Shown here one piece after another: positions 1 to 9,860 of a stretch of 64,000 nucleotides of DNA. How positions within the stretch are numbered: position 1 is the stretch's first letter; every line of letters begins with the position of its first letter. This stretch comes from Candidatus Thorarchaeota archaeon (GTDB lineage Archaea; Asgardarchaeota; Thorarchaeia; Thorarchaeales; Thorarchaeaceae): assembly GCA_048882045.1 (NCBI GenBank), contig JBHLRZ010000018.1, forward strand, positions 1,886 to 65,885, read 5' to 3'. The notes below the pieces were generated by a model. That model did not search any database. It was not told the DNA's origin and saw only the letters and a program-made list of their open reading frames with translations. The translations under genes were made by a program, and so were the position numbers.

Positions 1-526
1 CACTAGCAAGTCCATCATCAACTAGTATGATGTCCTTATGCGATGGGTCAACAATACCCACAAGATCCCTATAATCAGCTCTCCTCCGTTCTATCTGTTC
101 CTCGGTCTGTTTGACCACCATATCTATCTGTCTCTGATTCAGTCCAATTCTCCGAACTAATCGTTCATTGAGCAGCAGAGACCCATGTGAGGTGAGTGCT
201 CCAAATCCAGCCTCAGTATTTCCGGGCACTTGCAGTTTCCGAACTATGATAGAATCCAACTCAGCTCTGAGAGTTTTTGCAATCTCAACTCCAACAGGAA
301 TGCCACCATTGGGAATCGCTAGCACGACCGGACGAGTTTTGAATTCAACTTTTTTCAATTCTCGAGCAAGGACCTGTCCAGCCTCTGTTCGATTCTCATA
401 CGACTGCAATTTATCTTCATCCATCGATACGATTGGATGAAGTTCCTCATAAGGAGTACTACATATCTTGTTGTATTGAGAATAGAATGAAGGATAAGGA
501 GTGAGATACACTCCTATCCTTTTCAT
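1..526 (-). CDS. Type I phosphoribosyltransferase-domain protein (N-terminal part; 3' end runs off window)
   Basis: Minus-strand translation from the ATG at 526-524: MKRIGVYLTPYPSF...RPVVLAIPNGGIPVGVEIAKTL...ILVDDGLAS. This matches the PRTase PRPP-binding motifs (hydrophobic stretch followed by D-D-G-x-A-S-G). The start ATG overlaps the TAA stop of the upstream giant gene (TAATG). Confidence 0.6.
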   Translation of the reverse strand, partial: MKRIGVYLTPYPSFYSQYNKICSTPYEELHPIVSMDEDKLQSYENRTEAGQVLARELKKVEFKTRPVVLAIPNGGIPVGVEIAKTLRAELDSIIVRKLQVPGNTEAGFGALTSHGSLLLNERLVRRIGLNQRQIDMVVKQTEEQIERRRADYRDLVGIVDPSHKDIILVDDGLAS

Positions 527-3500
527 TATGTGGATTTAGATGCCGTTCTTCGCTTCATTAGATAGGAAATTCCAAACCAGAGTGCAGCTGCTACTCCGAC
601 ACCAACAAAGAACCCATAGTTCGCCAAGAAGTCGCCTAGTGCAAAACTAACCACTTCGAAACCAACAGGGTTTTGGATGTTGTAAGTCAGTTCAATCTCA
701 GCAATGTTGCCGGCTCCATCCACTGCTTGGATGCGAACCGAGTGCTCACCATTCTCTAGTTCTCTTGTGTCCCAGTTGAACCCGTACTCGTCAGTCAGAC
801 TTTCTTCTTCAACTACTCCATCAACAACAAGTATGAGATTATTGCATCCACTCCCTGGATCAATGCCAGTGGCATCAATCAGGACTACTCCAGTTATGAT
901 GGACCCATCATCCGGACCATTGACAACCAGTGTAGGAGCGATGTAGTCACCGACTGTGTAGCTGAGTGGTTCCGAAGCAGTACCCTCACTTGATGTCTGG
1001 GCTAAAAGGTTCGTTGCCTCGATGTAGAAGTCGACAACTGTCCCGTAGTCATGTCCAGGAATATCACCATGATACAGTGATCCTGTCAGGCTCATAGACT
1101 CCGATATCCAAGTTCCACCATCTAGTCGGTAGTATAGAGTCACACTGTCGATGCCAGACTCATCAGTGACCGCTACTGAAACCGTGACCACATCTCCATA
1201 ACCAGGAGCCATTGGTGTGATTATTGCTGCAGAGATATCAGGAGGATAACTCAGACCTGACGAATCTATGGTGTCGTAACTCAGGGGGGCAATATCAGTT
1301 CCTGCGAACGAGGGTTGCCCGAACACATCCCATGCAAGGATGAAATACTCCACGGTGGCAACTACTCCTGTTGCAGGTATGTCTGCGTAGTAGAGACCTG
1401 CTGATGGAGTCATTACAAGCAAATTCCACATACCGCCATCTATCCTGTAGGAGAGAGTCACATTGTCTATTCCTGTGGCATCATCGACTGCTACAGCAAC
1501 ACGAACGATATCATCTATCTCAGGTACTGATGGACTCAATAGAACCATTGAGAGGGTCGGACTGGCAACGTCATTCTGCACATCAATGCCTGCACTATCA
1601 GTAAGGGAGTTACCTGCTATATCGAATGCCTCAGCAATGACGGTGTGCGTTCCATTCGAAACCGTCCTGGAGTCCCAGACGAACTCAAACGGAGCAGTGT
1701 CATCTGTAGAGACCAGAGCGGCATCGACGTAGAAGTCTACATAATCAATGCCGCTTCCAACATCATCTGCTGTAGCTTGGAAAAGAATATCGCCTGAGAT
1801 GACCTCACTCTCATCTGGTTCTGTCAGTGTGACCGTTGGATTGATGTCATCGCCAATAGTGTAGGAGTACAAAGAACCTCCATTGTCATCTATTGCACTT
1901 GTTCCTCCATAGTCTGTCACGTTCACATAGAAATCAACAGTTGTGTCATATACTTGGATTGGAATCTCAGCTTCATAGTAGTCATCCGTCATCCAGACAG
2001 CATCCACTCGTTGCCATCCCAGTCCCGCATCATAATAGACTCCAACAGAATATACTCCCGAGAGTGTATCTATTGCATTCACACCAATATCAACTGGTTC
2101 ATAGTATACAGGTATCGCAGTCTGTCTCTGAACGTTGAGAACGACTGGAAGTCCGCCATCTCTGAAATGTATTTCATCGAAAATGATGGATATCTTCGAA
2201 CTGCTACCTGCATAGGCATCGATGACATATTGGGTCACATTCCATTGATGATCTCCGAACGCGGTATTTAGGTCATCAACGAGATTCCTTCGTAGATTGA
2301 ACCAAGACCCGACTGTATTCATATCATCTAATGCATAGTAAACTGAATAGCTAGAATTACTGGGTAGAGAAGTGGCATGAGCGAAATAATATCTGAGACT
2401 ATACCCTCCTTCTATGTAGAACTGAATGTATGCATAACCATTAATCGCGGTGAAATTGTCCAACCTCCACCAGAAATCTGTAAAGAGATCGGGATCAATC
2501 TTCAAATGGACATTGGTCATGGCCACCCCTGCGCCATCATTGTTCTGGATAGTAAGGTTCAGAGCATACACACCAGAATGAGAATCTGTGGTTCGGCTCA
2601 CAACACCGAGCTCGCCAGACCACATTTGCCAACTGGTCAGCTGATAGCTTGAATCTCTCCAGTCCTCTTCAAAGCCGGGATCCAAGGTTGGGTAGGTAAT
2701 GATGTTGAAATCATCCACAAGTAATTCGACTTGAGTGGCGTCTAAGTATCCTATTCTCACCTCGAACCTAACATCATAGATGACGATATCGCTATCAAAT
2801 CCAGCTATCTGAGTAATCGATCGGACATCAATAGCCTCATGTTGCCAAGTGTCTCGTGCTCCTAACTGAGACGACTGGATGTAAAAATAGTTGGTCGAAT
2901 TGCTAAACATTGAGATATCATCGTTGTATATTCCAAGATAATAATAAACATAATAGGAACCAGTGTCATTTCTACATCTGAGCCGCAGTCTGGCGAACAA
3001 GTCAGAATCTCCCACGATTGAATCAGAGTATTTCCAATCAAAAGAAACGACAATCGGATTTGTAGGATAGACACCAGAAGGATAGCTCCATGAACGGTAC
3101 AAATACATGTATCCAGGCGCAGAGGCATCTATAGCTGCAATGGACATGTTCGCTGAATAACTACCTTCTGTAGCGTCAGTACTTAAACTCAAGAAGCCAA
3201 GAGACTCTTGGTAGGTGTTCCATGAACCACCTGCTCCATCCTCAAACCCTGTATTATACATATATTCGTAGCTCGTTCCATTTGTTACTGAAATGTCATC
3301 AATATTCATTGCCGAAACTTCTGTGGACCACGAGGGAGAGATAACATAGAAGTAAACTTCACCCACGTATCTAAAGCCTGATGGCACGCCAAAGTAGTCA
3401 ACAAAGTCCTGAGTCACGTTTCGTACAAAATTATGCCAAGTGCCAATTGTGTGATTCATGAAATACCAGACCTGATTTGAACTGTTGGTGTTAGAATATG

Positions 3501-4032
3501 TTCCATATGAGAACACATAGAATATGTCGTAGTAGACTCCGCCATCAAAGGTAGATATCCAAAGATACGAATAACCTCCACGACCTAGATCAGGAGCGTT
3601 CTCAAGATAGAAATACGCATCTAGAGAAATGTCTTCATCTAGGTACGCGTATGGTGGGTTTCCAATATATTGACCAACATACGCATAGGCTTGACCGGTT
3701 TCACCCCGATCCTCAATTCGACCTGCATAGCTGCCACTATGAGTCAAGTCTTGATATGCAAGATCACTAGACATGTAGGCAGATCCATAGTACCCATATG
3801 TATCAGGTGCACCACGGAAGTCAGCTTTTTCCATCCCAGGATTTCTATTAACATTCTGTACTATAGGCCCAAGTTCTCCACTATTCGACGCTGGCATAAC
3901 CTGTTCTTCTAGCACAAATGGTTTCGACATCTGTTCAGCCATCAAGCTCATGGGGAGAGTACCAATAATGCCACTTACACCTAAGACAAGTGTCAATGCA
4001 ATTATTATAAGAATTGGACTTCGACGATTCAT
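526..4032 (-). CDS. Large secreted cell-surface protein (1168 aa): N-terminal signal peptide, Ig-like/FN3-like repeat domains, C-terminal TM anchor with basic tail
   Basis: Long ORF with N-terminal hydrophobic signal (ILIIIALTLVLGVSG) and internal ~90-aa tandem repeats (…VTDESGIDSVTLYYRLDGGTW… / …VDDATGIDNVTLSYRIDGGMW…). An Ig-like block reads (VDFYVDAALVSTDDTAPFEFVWDSRTVSNGTHTVIAEAFDIAGN). The C-terminus is a TM helix followed by KRRTASKST. Many N-x-S/T sequons. Paralog of the next gene. Confidence 0.8.
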   Translation of the reverse strand: MNRRSPILIIIALTLVLGVSGIIGTLPMSLMAEQMSKPFVLEEQVMPASNSGELGPIVQNVNRNPGMEKADFRGAPDTYGYYGSAYMSSDLAYQDLTHSGSYAGRIEDRGETGQAYAYVGQYIGNPPYAYLDEDISLDAYFYLENAPDLGRGGYSYLWISTFDGGVYYDIFYVFSYGTYSNTNSSNQVWYFMNHTIGTWHNFVRNVTQDFVDYFGVPSGFRYVGEVYFYVISPSWSTEVSAMNIDDISVTNGTSYEYMYNTGFEDGAGGSWNTYQESLGFLSLSTDATEGSYSANMSIAAIDASAPGYMYLYRSWSYPSGVYPTNPIVVSFDWKYSDSIVGDSDLFARLRLRCRNDTGSYYVYYYLGIYNDDISMFSNSTNYFYIQSSQLGARDTWQHEAIDVRSITQIAGFDSDIVIYDVRFEVRIGYLDATQVELLVDDFNIITYPTLDPGFEEDWRDSSYQLTSWQMWSGELGVVSRTTDSHSGVYALNLTIQNNDGAGVAMTNVHLKIDPDLFTDFWWRLDNFTAINGYAYIQFYIEGGYSLRYYFAHATSLPSNSSYSVYYALDDMNTVGSWFNLRRNLVDDLNTAFGDHQWNVTQYVIDAYAGSSSKISIIFDEIHFRDGGLPVVLNVQRQTAIPVYYEPVDIGVNAIDTLSGVYSVGVYYDAGLGWQRVDAVWMTDDYYEAEIPIQVYDTTVDFYVNVTDYGGTSAIDDNGGSLYSYTIGDDINPTVTLTEPDESEVISGDILFQATADDVGSGIDYVDFYVDAALVSTDDTAPFEFVWDSRTVSNGTHTVIAEAFDIAGNSLTDSAGIDVQNDVASPTLSMVLLSPSVPEIDDIVRVAVAVDDATGIDNVTLSYRIDGGMWNLLVMTPSAGLYYADIPATGVVATVEYFILAWDVFGQPSFAGTDIAPLSYDTIDSSGLSYPPDISAAIITPMAPGYGDVVTVSVAVTDESGIDSVTLYYRLDGGTWISESMSLTGSLYHGDIPGHDYGTVVDFYIEATNLLAQTSSEGTASEPLSYTVGDYIAPTLVVNGPDDGSIITGVVLIDATGIDPGSGCNNLILVVDGVVEEESLTDEYGFNWDTRELENGEHSVRIQAVDGAGNIAEIELTYNIQNPVGFEVVSFALGDFLANYGFFVGVGVAAALWFGISYLMKRRTASKST

Positions 4033-7000
4033 TCTGCACCACTCCTCCTTTTCTGAAAGATTCTTACTGCCACTATCAGAATCACAAACGTAGAGAATCC
4101 ACCAATAAAGCCGAAGGACTGCATAAAGCTGGACAATCCCTCCCCAATGGATCCAAAGACATCTGGGTTCGCTACCTGATAAACATAACTTAGAGTCATT
4201 TGATTGCCGGCTCCATCCTCAAGGACAAAGTCTACGGTGTAGTTGCCATTTGGTAATGTTGTTGTAATCCACTCTAGAGTTGCAGGAACAGTTATGCCTT
4301 CCCAGACCAATGATCCTCCAACATACAGTTCAACTGCAGCAATGCCACTTCCAGAATCACTTCCAGTGACATAGAAACTGACATTCCCTCGAACGGGATT
4401 ATTTGAAGATGGTCCAGTAACAGATAGAATGGGCAATATGGTGTCTGCTACGATGTAGCCTTCTGATGAAACCTCATTGCCAAGATTGGCTTCGAGACCT
4501 CCAGCATCAACGGCAACAATGTAGTAATCAACCTCAACACCCCAATCAGCTGCAGGAATTTCAGCTATATAGATTCCACCATCCAGACTCATTGGGACGG
4601 AAATCCAGCTTCCACTGTCCATTCTATAGAACAGAGTAACAGATTCGACATTTCTATTGTCTGTCACACTGACAGTGATAGTTACAGATTCATAGTATTC
4701 TGGGGCAACGGAATTTCTCAAGAGTCCCGAGATATATGGTGGAACGTCATCAATCATAATGCTGAATGAAAGGGGAGTGGTCGGTGAACCAGCAGTCGCG
4801 TTCTGACCAAAGACGTCATAGCCAATGATGTAGTATTCCACCTCATCAACGCCAGTCTGAGCAGGTATTGTTGTATAGAACAATGAACCAGAGTTCTGCA
4901 TGACCAACTCCTGCCAACCTATCACAGTGGTTCTGTAGTATAGAGTCACATTGTCAACACCAGTCTGATCTGTGACAGCCAGTGACACATCGACATCTTC
5001 GCCAGACCACGGAACGACAGGATCCAGAGTGATGAAGGATAATTCTGGACTCTGATGGTCATTCTGAATATCAATCCATACGGTATCAGAAGCGTAGTTA
5101 CCAGCCACGTCATATGCCCGAACTTCAATATTCATGGTTCCGTTTGGATTCGTTCTTGTGTTTCCACTGAACTCGTAGGGTGCAATGTCGTCATAGTCGA
5201 TATAGAACCCATCAATCCACATCTCAACTCGGTCTATTCCACTAGACCCAACACCGGGATCACTTGCATCGACAGCTAGAGTGGCATATCCTGCGACTAT
5301 GTCACCATCGTCATGTGAAGTTATTGCAACAACAGGGTCTACATCATCGCCAACGGTGTAACTGTAGTAGAGGGTTGAATTGAGGTACTGTGCCCAATTA
5401 CCAATTGAATCAGTTAGGGTGAAATAGTATTGCACAAGTGTACCATATGGCAGTGCAGGAATCGTTGCCTCGAAATACTCAAAGGATCCGTAGTCTTGAA
5501 TAGGAATCAGAGGTGTTTCGGTCCATGACAGACCATCATGGTATAGTAACGACCCTCCACTTCCGGTCATGTCTGTTGTGTTAATGCCAACAACTTCACT
5601 CTCGTAGTACATTGGCGTAGCAGGCCAATGATCTTCGCCAAGGAGTATAGGAGCTTTTGTATCCTGAATGAAGTGCATGTCATCAAGGAGTACAGATAAT
5701 GAATCAGTTGGTTGCGTCTGAGAATATATCACAACTCGAGTGATATTGTATAGTCCTGGACCAAAAGCAGCCTGGACATCTTGGTAAACATCCCTCACAA
5801 GATTCAACCATTGTCCTGTAACGCTGTAGTTTGCTACGGTGAAATACACATCCGTACTTGTATTGGAAAAACCATATGATGGTGGACCAGCAAGCATGTA
5901 GTATATGAATCTTGAATCATCGAGTTCAAGGTATGTCATCACAAAGCCAGATGAAACGGACAGTGAGTCAAGTTTCCACCAGAAGTCAGTGTGAAGACCA
6001 ACATCTACTGGCAAATTCATTGCTTGTGATTGAACGCCAGAAGTCACTGAACCACCAAAAAGTGTCATATTGTATGCATATTGTCCCGAATGCGAGTCTG
6101 TCGTTAGATTCGTGTAGGGATTGATACTACCGAATTCATACCATCCGGTAATAGGATTGGATGAACTATAGTAGTGATCTTGCTCGAATCCAGGATCAAA
6201 TGTTGGATAGCTCATCAGTTTGAAGTCATCAACAAGTAGAGAGATTGACGAATTGGCTCTATATCCAAGATTCACCTCAAACGAAACTTCACTTATCGTC
6301 ATTCCAGTAAAGTTGAGAGCCTCCATAATTTCATACATATCTACAGAGAAATGTTCCCAGGTTCCTCTACTCCCAAAATTATCAACTGCGATGTAGGTTG
6401 CCCATGTGTAATTACTGAACATCAAGCCAAACATGTCCATGTCTGAACCGATTATGAACACGATTGAATGTGAATCAGTCGCATTCTGAACATACACATA
6501 CATATCAGTAAACTGCGAGCCGCCGTTCCAGGAATCATAATATTTCCAGTCAAACTCAATGACCATTGAACCGGGTGACTCAGCATAGAGACCCTCTGGG
6601 TAGCCCCACCAATTTCCGAAACCGGAGTACGAACTGGAATCTTGAGAGATTGCCTTTGTGGTGACATTGATGGACCGTAGTCCGTCTGTGCTGTCAATAG
6701 ATGGTAAGATGTACGAAGGTGAGTCCGAATATGAGCCCCAATAACTACTATCACCCATTTCAAAATCGCCATTTAATAGCTCCTCGGTAGAAGTGTCATC
6801 AATTATCGAGACCTCATCAATGAAAACCTCAGAGTAAGTAGGAGGATCTTGAGGGCTATAGAGTTGGAATTGCATATAGCTAAGATACTGCCCGGGAGGA
6901 GGAGTACCAAACACACTCTCATAGTCTGCTGTGATATTCCTGCTGAAAGAATGCCAGTTGTACATTGAGCTGTTGAGAAGGAAATAGGCAGTATTGCTAC

Positions 7001-7568
7001 CGTTTCCCGGATTGTAAGCTGGACTGTGTGAAAGAAAGTAATTCATGTATCTCCATTGACTTGAGTATGTTGCTATTTGCAGGTTGAAGTATCCATTTAG
7101 TGAGGGGTCAGGCAGAGAGTTCAGGTAGTAGTACTTTGTAAAAGAAACATCTCCAGATATTGGTATTTGTCCGCTTGAGAAGCTCCTATACCACTGTGCT
7201 GTCTGAGACCATTGCGCTGTACCTTCTGAAAGTAGATATCCACCATAAGATCCACTATAGATTTTATCGGTAAACGCGGCATTCCTAATCGCGCGCCCAT
7301 AACCCCAGGTGTTCCAGTCACTCGGTACTTGATTTGATTCCAGTTTCTCGAAGCTTGGATTCAAAGCATGATTGATGAGAATCGGATCCTCACCATATGC
7401 ACTGAGAACCTGATTCACTTCAATCGGTGTACTATGCGACGTACTGACAGTATCCGTTTCCCGAACAACTACTGGATTGTTCAAAAGACACAGAATGAAA
7501 AATAGGGATATGACTCCAAAGATAGCTCTCCTCATCAGATACGACTCCTCATCATACGTGCGACCCAA
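4029..7568 (-). CDS. Large secreted cell-surface protein (1179 aa), paralog of 526..4032
   Basis: Shares blocks with 526..4032: FDWKYxDS, LLVDDF, TDFWWKLD, SYPTFDPGFE. Signal peptide, the same Ig-like repeats (VTDQTGVDNVTLYYRTTVIGW / VTDNRNVESVTLFYRMDSGSW), and a C-terminal TM plus KRRSGAE. Its TGA stop overlaps the downstream ATG (ATGA). Confidence 0.8.
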   Translation of the reverse strand: MGRTYDEESYLMRRAIFGVISLFFILCLLNNPVVVRETDTVSTSHSTPIEVNQVLSAYGEDPILINHALNPSFEKLESNQVPSDWNTWGYGRAIRNAAFTDKIYSGSYGGYLLSEGTAQWSQTAQWYRSFSSGQIPISGDVSFTKYYYLNSLPDPSLNGYFNLQIATYSSQWRYMNYFLSHSPAYNPGNGSNTAYFLLNSSMYNWHSFSRNITADYESVFGTPPPGQYLSYMQFQLYSPQDPPTYSEVFIDEVSIIDDTSTEELLNGDFEMGDSSYWGSYSDSPSYILPSIDSTDGLRSINVTTKAISQDSSSYSGFGNWWGYPEGLYAESPGSMVIEFDWKYYDSWNGGSQFTDMYVYVQNATDSHSIVFIIGSDMDMFGLMFSNYTWATYIAVDNFGSRGTWEHFSVDMYEIMEALNFTGMTISEVSFEVNLGYRANSSISLLVDDFKLMSYPTFDPGFEQDHYYSSSNPITGWYEFGSINPYTNLTTDSHSGQYAYNMTLFGGSVTSGVQSQAMNLPVDVGLHTDFWWKLDSLSVSSGFVMTYLELDDSRFIYYMLAGPPSYGFSNTSTDVYFTVANYSVTGQWLNLVRDVYQDVQAAFGPGLYNITRVVIYSQTQPTDSLSVLLDDMHFIQDTKAPILLGEDHWPATPMYYESEVVGINTTDMTGSGGSLLYHDGLSWTETPLIPIQDYGSFEYFEATIPALPYGTLVQYYFTLTDSIGNWAQYLNSTLYYSYTVGDDVDPVVAITSHDDGDIVAGYATLAVDASDPGVGSSGIDRVEMWIDGFYIDYDDIAPYEFSGNTRTNPNGTMNIEVRAYDVAGNYASDTVWIDIQNDHQSPELSFITLDPVVPWSGEDVDVSLAVTDQTGVDNVTLYYRTTVIGWQELVMQNSGSLFYTTIPAQTGVDEVEYYIIGYDVFGQNATAGSPTTPLSFSIMIDDVPPYISGLLRNSVAPEYYESVTITVSVTDNRNVESVTLFYRMDSGSWISVPMSLDGGIYIAEIPAADWGVEVDYYIVAVDAGGLEANLGNEVSSEGYIVADTILPILSVTGPSSNNPVRGNVSFYVTGSDSGSGIAAVELYVGGSLVWEGITVPATLEWITTTLPNGNYTVDFVLEDGAGNQMTLSYVYQVANPDVFGSIGEGLSSFMQSFGFIGGFSTFVILIVAVRIFQKRRSGAE

Positions 7569-7712
7569 ACGCGATTCCTGATGATTCGTGTATTTTCAAA
7601 TAACTGTTTCTTCATACAAAATTGCAACAATCAATGTATAAGGAAATAGGTAGTTCTTTGAGTGAACTATGCAATAATAAAGAAAGGGAAGGAGTGCATC
7701 AAACACTCCTTG

Positions 7713-8651
7713 CTATGTCATACTGATTAAAGGAACAGGTTCTTCTTCATCAAGCGATTTGTAATCAGAAACTGTACTTTCACGTACTAGAGTTCTATGA
7801 CCGAAGGTAATGATGATTGCAATGCAGATCGGAATCCAGAAGAGGAGAAGGAAGAAGTAGCCCATTCCATCAGGCAGTAGATGGATTACATTGATGGGAA
7901 CTATGTCACTAGCAGTGTTGCCCATTGCATGGAACAATACTGCTGCAAATACTGAACCATTAGTGTTGTTGAACACCCATGTCCTGGTAATCGATACGGG
8001 AATCCACCAGATAAAGAAGAGGACCAGTGCACGTCCCTCCCATCCAGCAAGACCTGGAATGAATGCTAAGGGAAGGTGCCAGGCTCCCTCAATCACACCT
8101 AGAATACAGGAGGAGGTCGTTGCATCAAATCGAGCCTGCAGGATTGGGAGCGCGTAGCCACGCCAACCGAACTCCTCACTCAGTCCACCATGGAGACAAC
8201 TTGCAAGGAACGGTGCCAAGAGGATCCACGGTTCACCTAACCAAATGAGATCTGGCTGTGTTCGTCCCAGAGCAAAAGCTCATATAGTCCTCATCAGCAA
8301 GAAATACATGGGATAGAAAGCCAGAATTACAATCAACCAACTAATCGTGAAACGACGACTCCAGAACTTCTTCCAAAGCGTACGCACTCCTTCTCTTCCA
8401 TTCTCGAGTCCTGCAACAACGAAACCACCAATTGTAGGTCCAAAGGGCATCAAGAGGAGGACACCGATGATTGATAGCATTGCAGAAATGTCTGCACCTG
8501 CTGTACCAACATTTTCAGGCATCTGAAGAACTCCTGAGATGAACAATGCATTGAATAGCCAAGTCCATCCGAATGCTATACCCAAGAATAGCATCAAGTT
8601 CTTCAAGTCAAAGCGACTAGCCTTATAATCCGAGTCAATAAGTGAAATCAT
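7713..8651 (-). pseudogene. CPBP-family (CAAX/Abi-type) intramembrane metalloprotease interrupted by one in-frame TGA (8280-8282)
   Basis: Two minus-strand ORFs (8280..8651 and 7713..8219) lie in the same frame, separated only by TGA. Read through, the product is about 313 aa with CPBP motifs EEFGWRGY (EExxxR) and FHAMGN. Confidence 0.6.
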
Positions 8652-8838
8652 TTTGATCGAGGATAGTGAATCTTGATTGCATTTTATTCGTCATATATTC
8701 GTAAGGGAGGTTTTTCCCAAAATAGAAGGTTAAATGTCCTCAAACTGAACTTCTAGGTTCAGGTTCATGCATTTTCGAAAACAGATTCACTATCTCCTCT
8801 TTGATGCACCCCGCAATGTATAACAGAAACAATCTAGA

Positions 8839-9843
8839 ATGCTAAGGTTGGTGTTGTGCGTGTTGGAATCTACTAAGCATCTGCTATATCTCTCACAGGC
8901 TGACGTTGAGAGTATCAACCTATCAATGAAAGAAATCATTCGTCAGCTTGAGATTGCGTTTACTGAAAAAGCTCAATCACGCGTTGAGATGCCGCCAAAA
9001 CCAGGAATACATCCAGGGAACGGAGACAACTTCATCCATGCCATGCCTGCATATATTCCGGCAATGGGATCAGCTGGTGTCAAATGGGTCAGTGGATTCC
9101 CACTGAACACAAAGAAGGGACTACCATACATATCTGGTCTGCTGATTCTGAATGATCCGGAAACTGGATTTCCAATCTCTGTGATGGATTGTGTCTGGAT
9201 CACAGCTAAGCGAACTGGTGCAGCAACTGCGATTGCAGCGAAACATCTTGCGAAACATGATGCGTCCATTGTCGGAATCCTGGGATGTGGAGTTCAGGGA
9301 CGCAGCAACATCGAAGCTCTGAGTGTTGAATTCCATCTCAGGAGAATTATGGCATATGACATTGACCCTGATATTTCCTCGAGATATGCAGAAGAGATCC
9401 ACCATCAATATGGGATAGAGGTCGAAGTGGTTGATAGACCAAAGGATGCTGTTTCTGGTTGTGACATTGTTGTGACTGCAGGTCCAATACTGAAGAAACC
9501 TCACGCGACAATCAGACAGGGATGGCTGGATGAGGGATCCTTTGCGTCATTAGTGGATTTCGATTCATACTGGCATCCTGATGCGATGAAAGAGTCAGAC
9601 AAGTTCTGTACAGATGATGTTCCACAGCTTCGACATTATCAGGAGGTTGGATATTTCCAAGACATTCCATCAATCTATGCAGAGCTTGGAGAACTTGTTG
9701 CAGGACAGAAAGTGGGTCGAGAGAATCCTAAGGAACGCACAATTACGTGCAACCTAGGTCTAGCGATGGATGACATGGCTGTTGCTCCATTAATCTATGA
9801 GAGAGCTATAGAGAAAGGCATTGGCACTTTCCTCGCTCTGTAA
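8839..9843 (+). CDS. Ornithine cyclodeaminase / mu-crystallin family NAD(P)-dependent enzyme (possibly archaeal alanine dehydrogenase type)
   Basis: Rossmann motif ILGCGVQGRSNIEA and an OCD-like N-terminus (LYLSQADVESI..MKEIIRQLEIAF). Length 334 aa. True start may be an internal Met. Confidence 0.75.
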   Translation: MLRLVLCVLESTKHLLYLSQADVESINLSMKEIIRQLEIAFTEKAQSRVEMPPKPGIHPGNGDNFIHAMPAYIPAMGSAGVKWVSGFPLNTKKGLPYISGLLILNDPETGFPISVMDCVWITAKRTGAATAIAAKHLAKHDASIVGILGCGVQGRSNIEALSVEFHLRRIMAYDIDPDISSRYAEEIHHQYGIEVEVVDRPKDAVSGCDIVVTAGPILKKPHATIRQGWLDEGSFASLVDFDSYWHPDAMKESDKFCTDDVPQLRHYQEVGYFQDIPSIYAELGELVAGQKVGRENPKERTITCNLGLAMDDMAVAPLIYERAIEKGIGTFLAL

Positions 9844-9860
9844 GTTCTTGGTGAAAGAAA

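Noticed and set aside
168-440. 90-aa plus-strand ORF at the window start
   Set aside because: It lies antisense to a well-supported PRTase-domain coding frame (GGIPVG, LVDDGLAS motifs on the minus strand), and its composition is low-complexity.
8220-8279. Treating the CPBP halves as two independent genes
   Set aside because: They are in the same frame and separated only by a single TGA. The conserved CPBP motifs are distributed across both halves as in a single ~310-aa protein.
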